From Basidiobolus meristosporus CBS 931.73 (taxonomy: Eukaryota; Fungi; Basidiobolomycota): a DNA stretch of 64,000 nt. The notes below the pieces were generated by a model. That model was not told the origin of the DNA. It saw nothing but the letters and a program-made list of their open reading frames with translations, and made no database searches. Location: assembly GCA_002104905.1 (NCBI GenBank), contig MCFE01000191.1, positions 73,083 through 137,082 of the forward strand, written 5' to 3'. A program made the position numbers and the translations under genes. Of the stretch, positions 63,801 to 64,000 are shown piece by piece. How positions within the stretch are numbered: position 1 is the first letter of the stretch; every line of letters begins with the position of its first letter.

Positions 63801-64000
63801 ACCTTCTGTGGTGTAACACCCAACAATAAGAGGACACACACTGCTTGCCAGAAGACACATCTTATTATGGAAGAAGATGAGGAGCCTGACAATATACACC
63901 CCAACATTTGGAGCTGCTCATTAGGTATACAGGAGCAAACAGCTATGGTTTGAACAAAATACAAGACAGTAGAACAGAAGATTAGACCATCACTTACCCC
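60850..64000 (+). mobile_element. Ty3/gypsy family C element, 5' part (runs off the window)
   Basis: LTR 60850-61920; PBS tggcacccaacatgggg at ~61925-61941, a CpG-decayed tRNA-Lys type TGGCGCCCAACGTGGGG; left flank GCGC. Confidence 0.95.
62061..64000 (+). pseudogene. gag-pol: Family C gag-protease-(pol start), single frame with two TGA stops
   Basis: ORFs 62061-63101 and 63141-63953 share one frame; knuckle CIWCDSTQHARQEC; protease HIDSGSEIC; KYKTVEQKIRP follows the second TGA. Confidence 0.92.

Overview
This is a gene-free, heavily nested transposon graveyard from a eukaryote. The Ty3, copia and CACTA families present suggest a repeat-rich fungal genome (inference). I found no host gene, RNA gene or CRISPR array. 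Contents: (i) five copies or fragments of one Ty1/copia family (A), with ~349-bp LTRs, 5-bp TSDs and a half-tRNA-type PBS; (ii) a near-intact Ty3/gypsy element (family B, ~1.2-kb LTRs, 4-bp TSDs) plus solo LTRs; (iii) a second Ty3 family (C, ~1.07-kb LTRs) whose three assignable target sites contain CGC; (iv) two decayed copies of a third Ty3 family (E) and another RT-RH remnant; (v) several families of ~360-410-bp solo LTRs; (vi) two decayed CACTA/EnSpm-like transposase genes; (vii) a non-autonomous family with AGACTTGTTC termini and AAT/ATT TSDs, occurring as a 734-bp palindromic foldback and a 211-bp MITE. Many stop codons and PBS changes fit CpG deamination. The most unusual observation is a 607-bp intronless fragment encoding a divergent, virus-like family-B DNA polymerase proofreading domain (ExoI to the start of ExoIII). 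It replaces the putative promoter core of a solo LTR at 3490-4096. All alignments and family assignments were made by eye, with no database searches.
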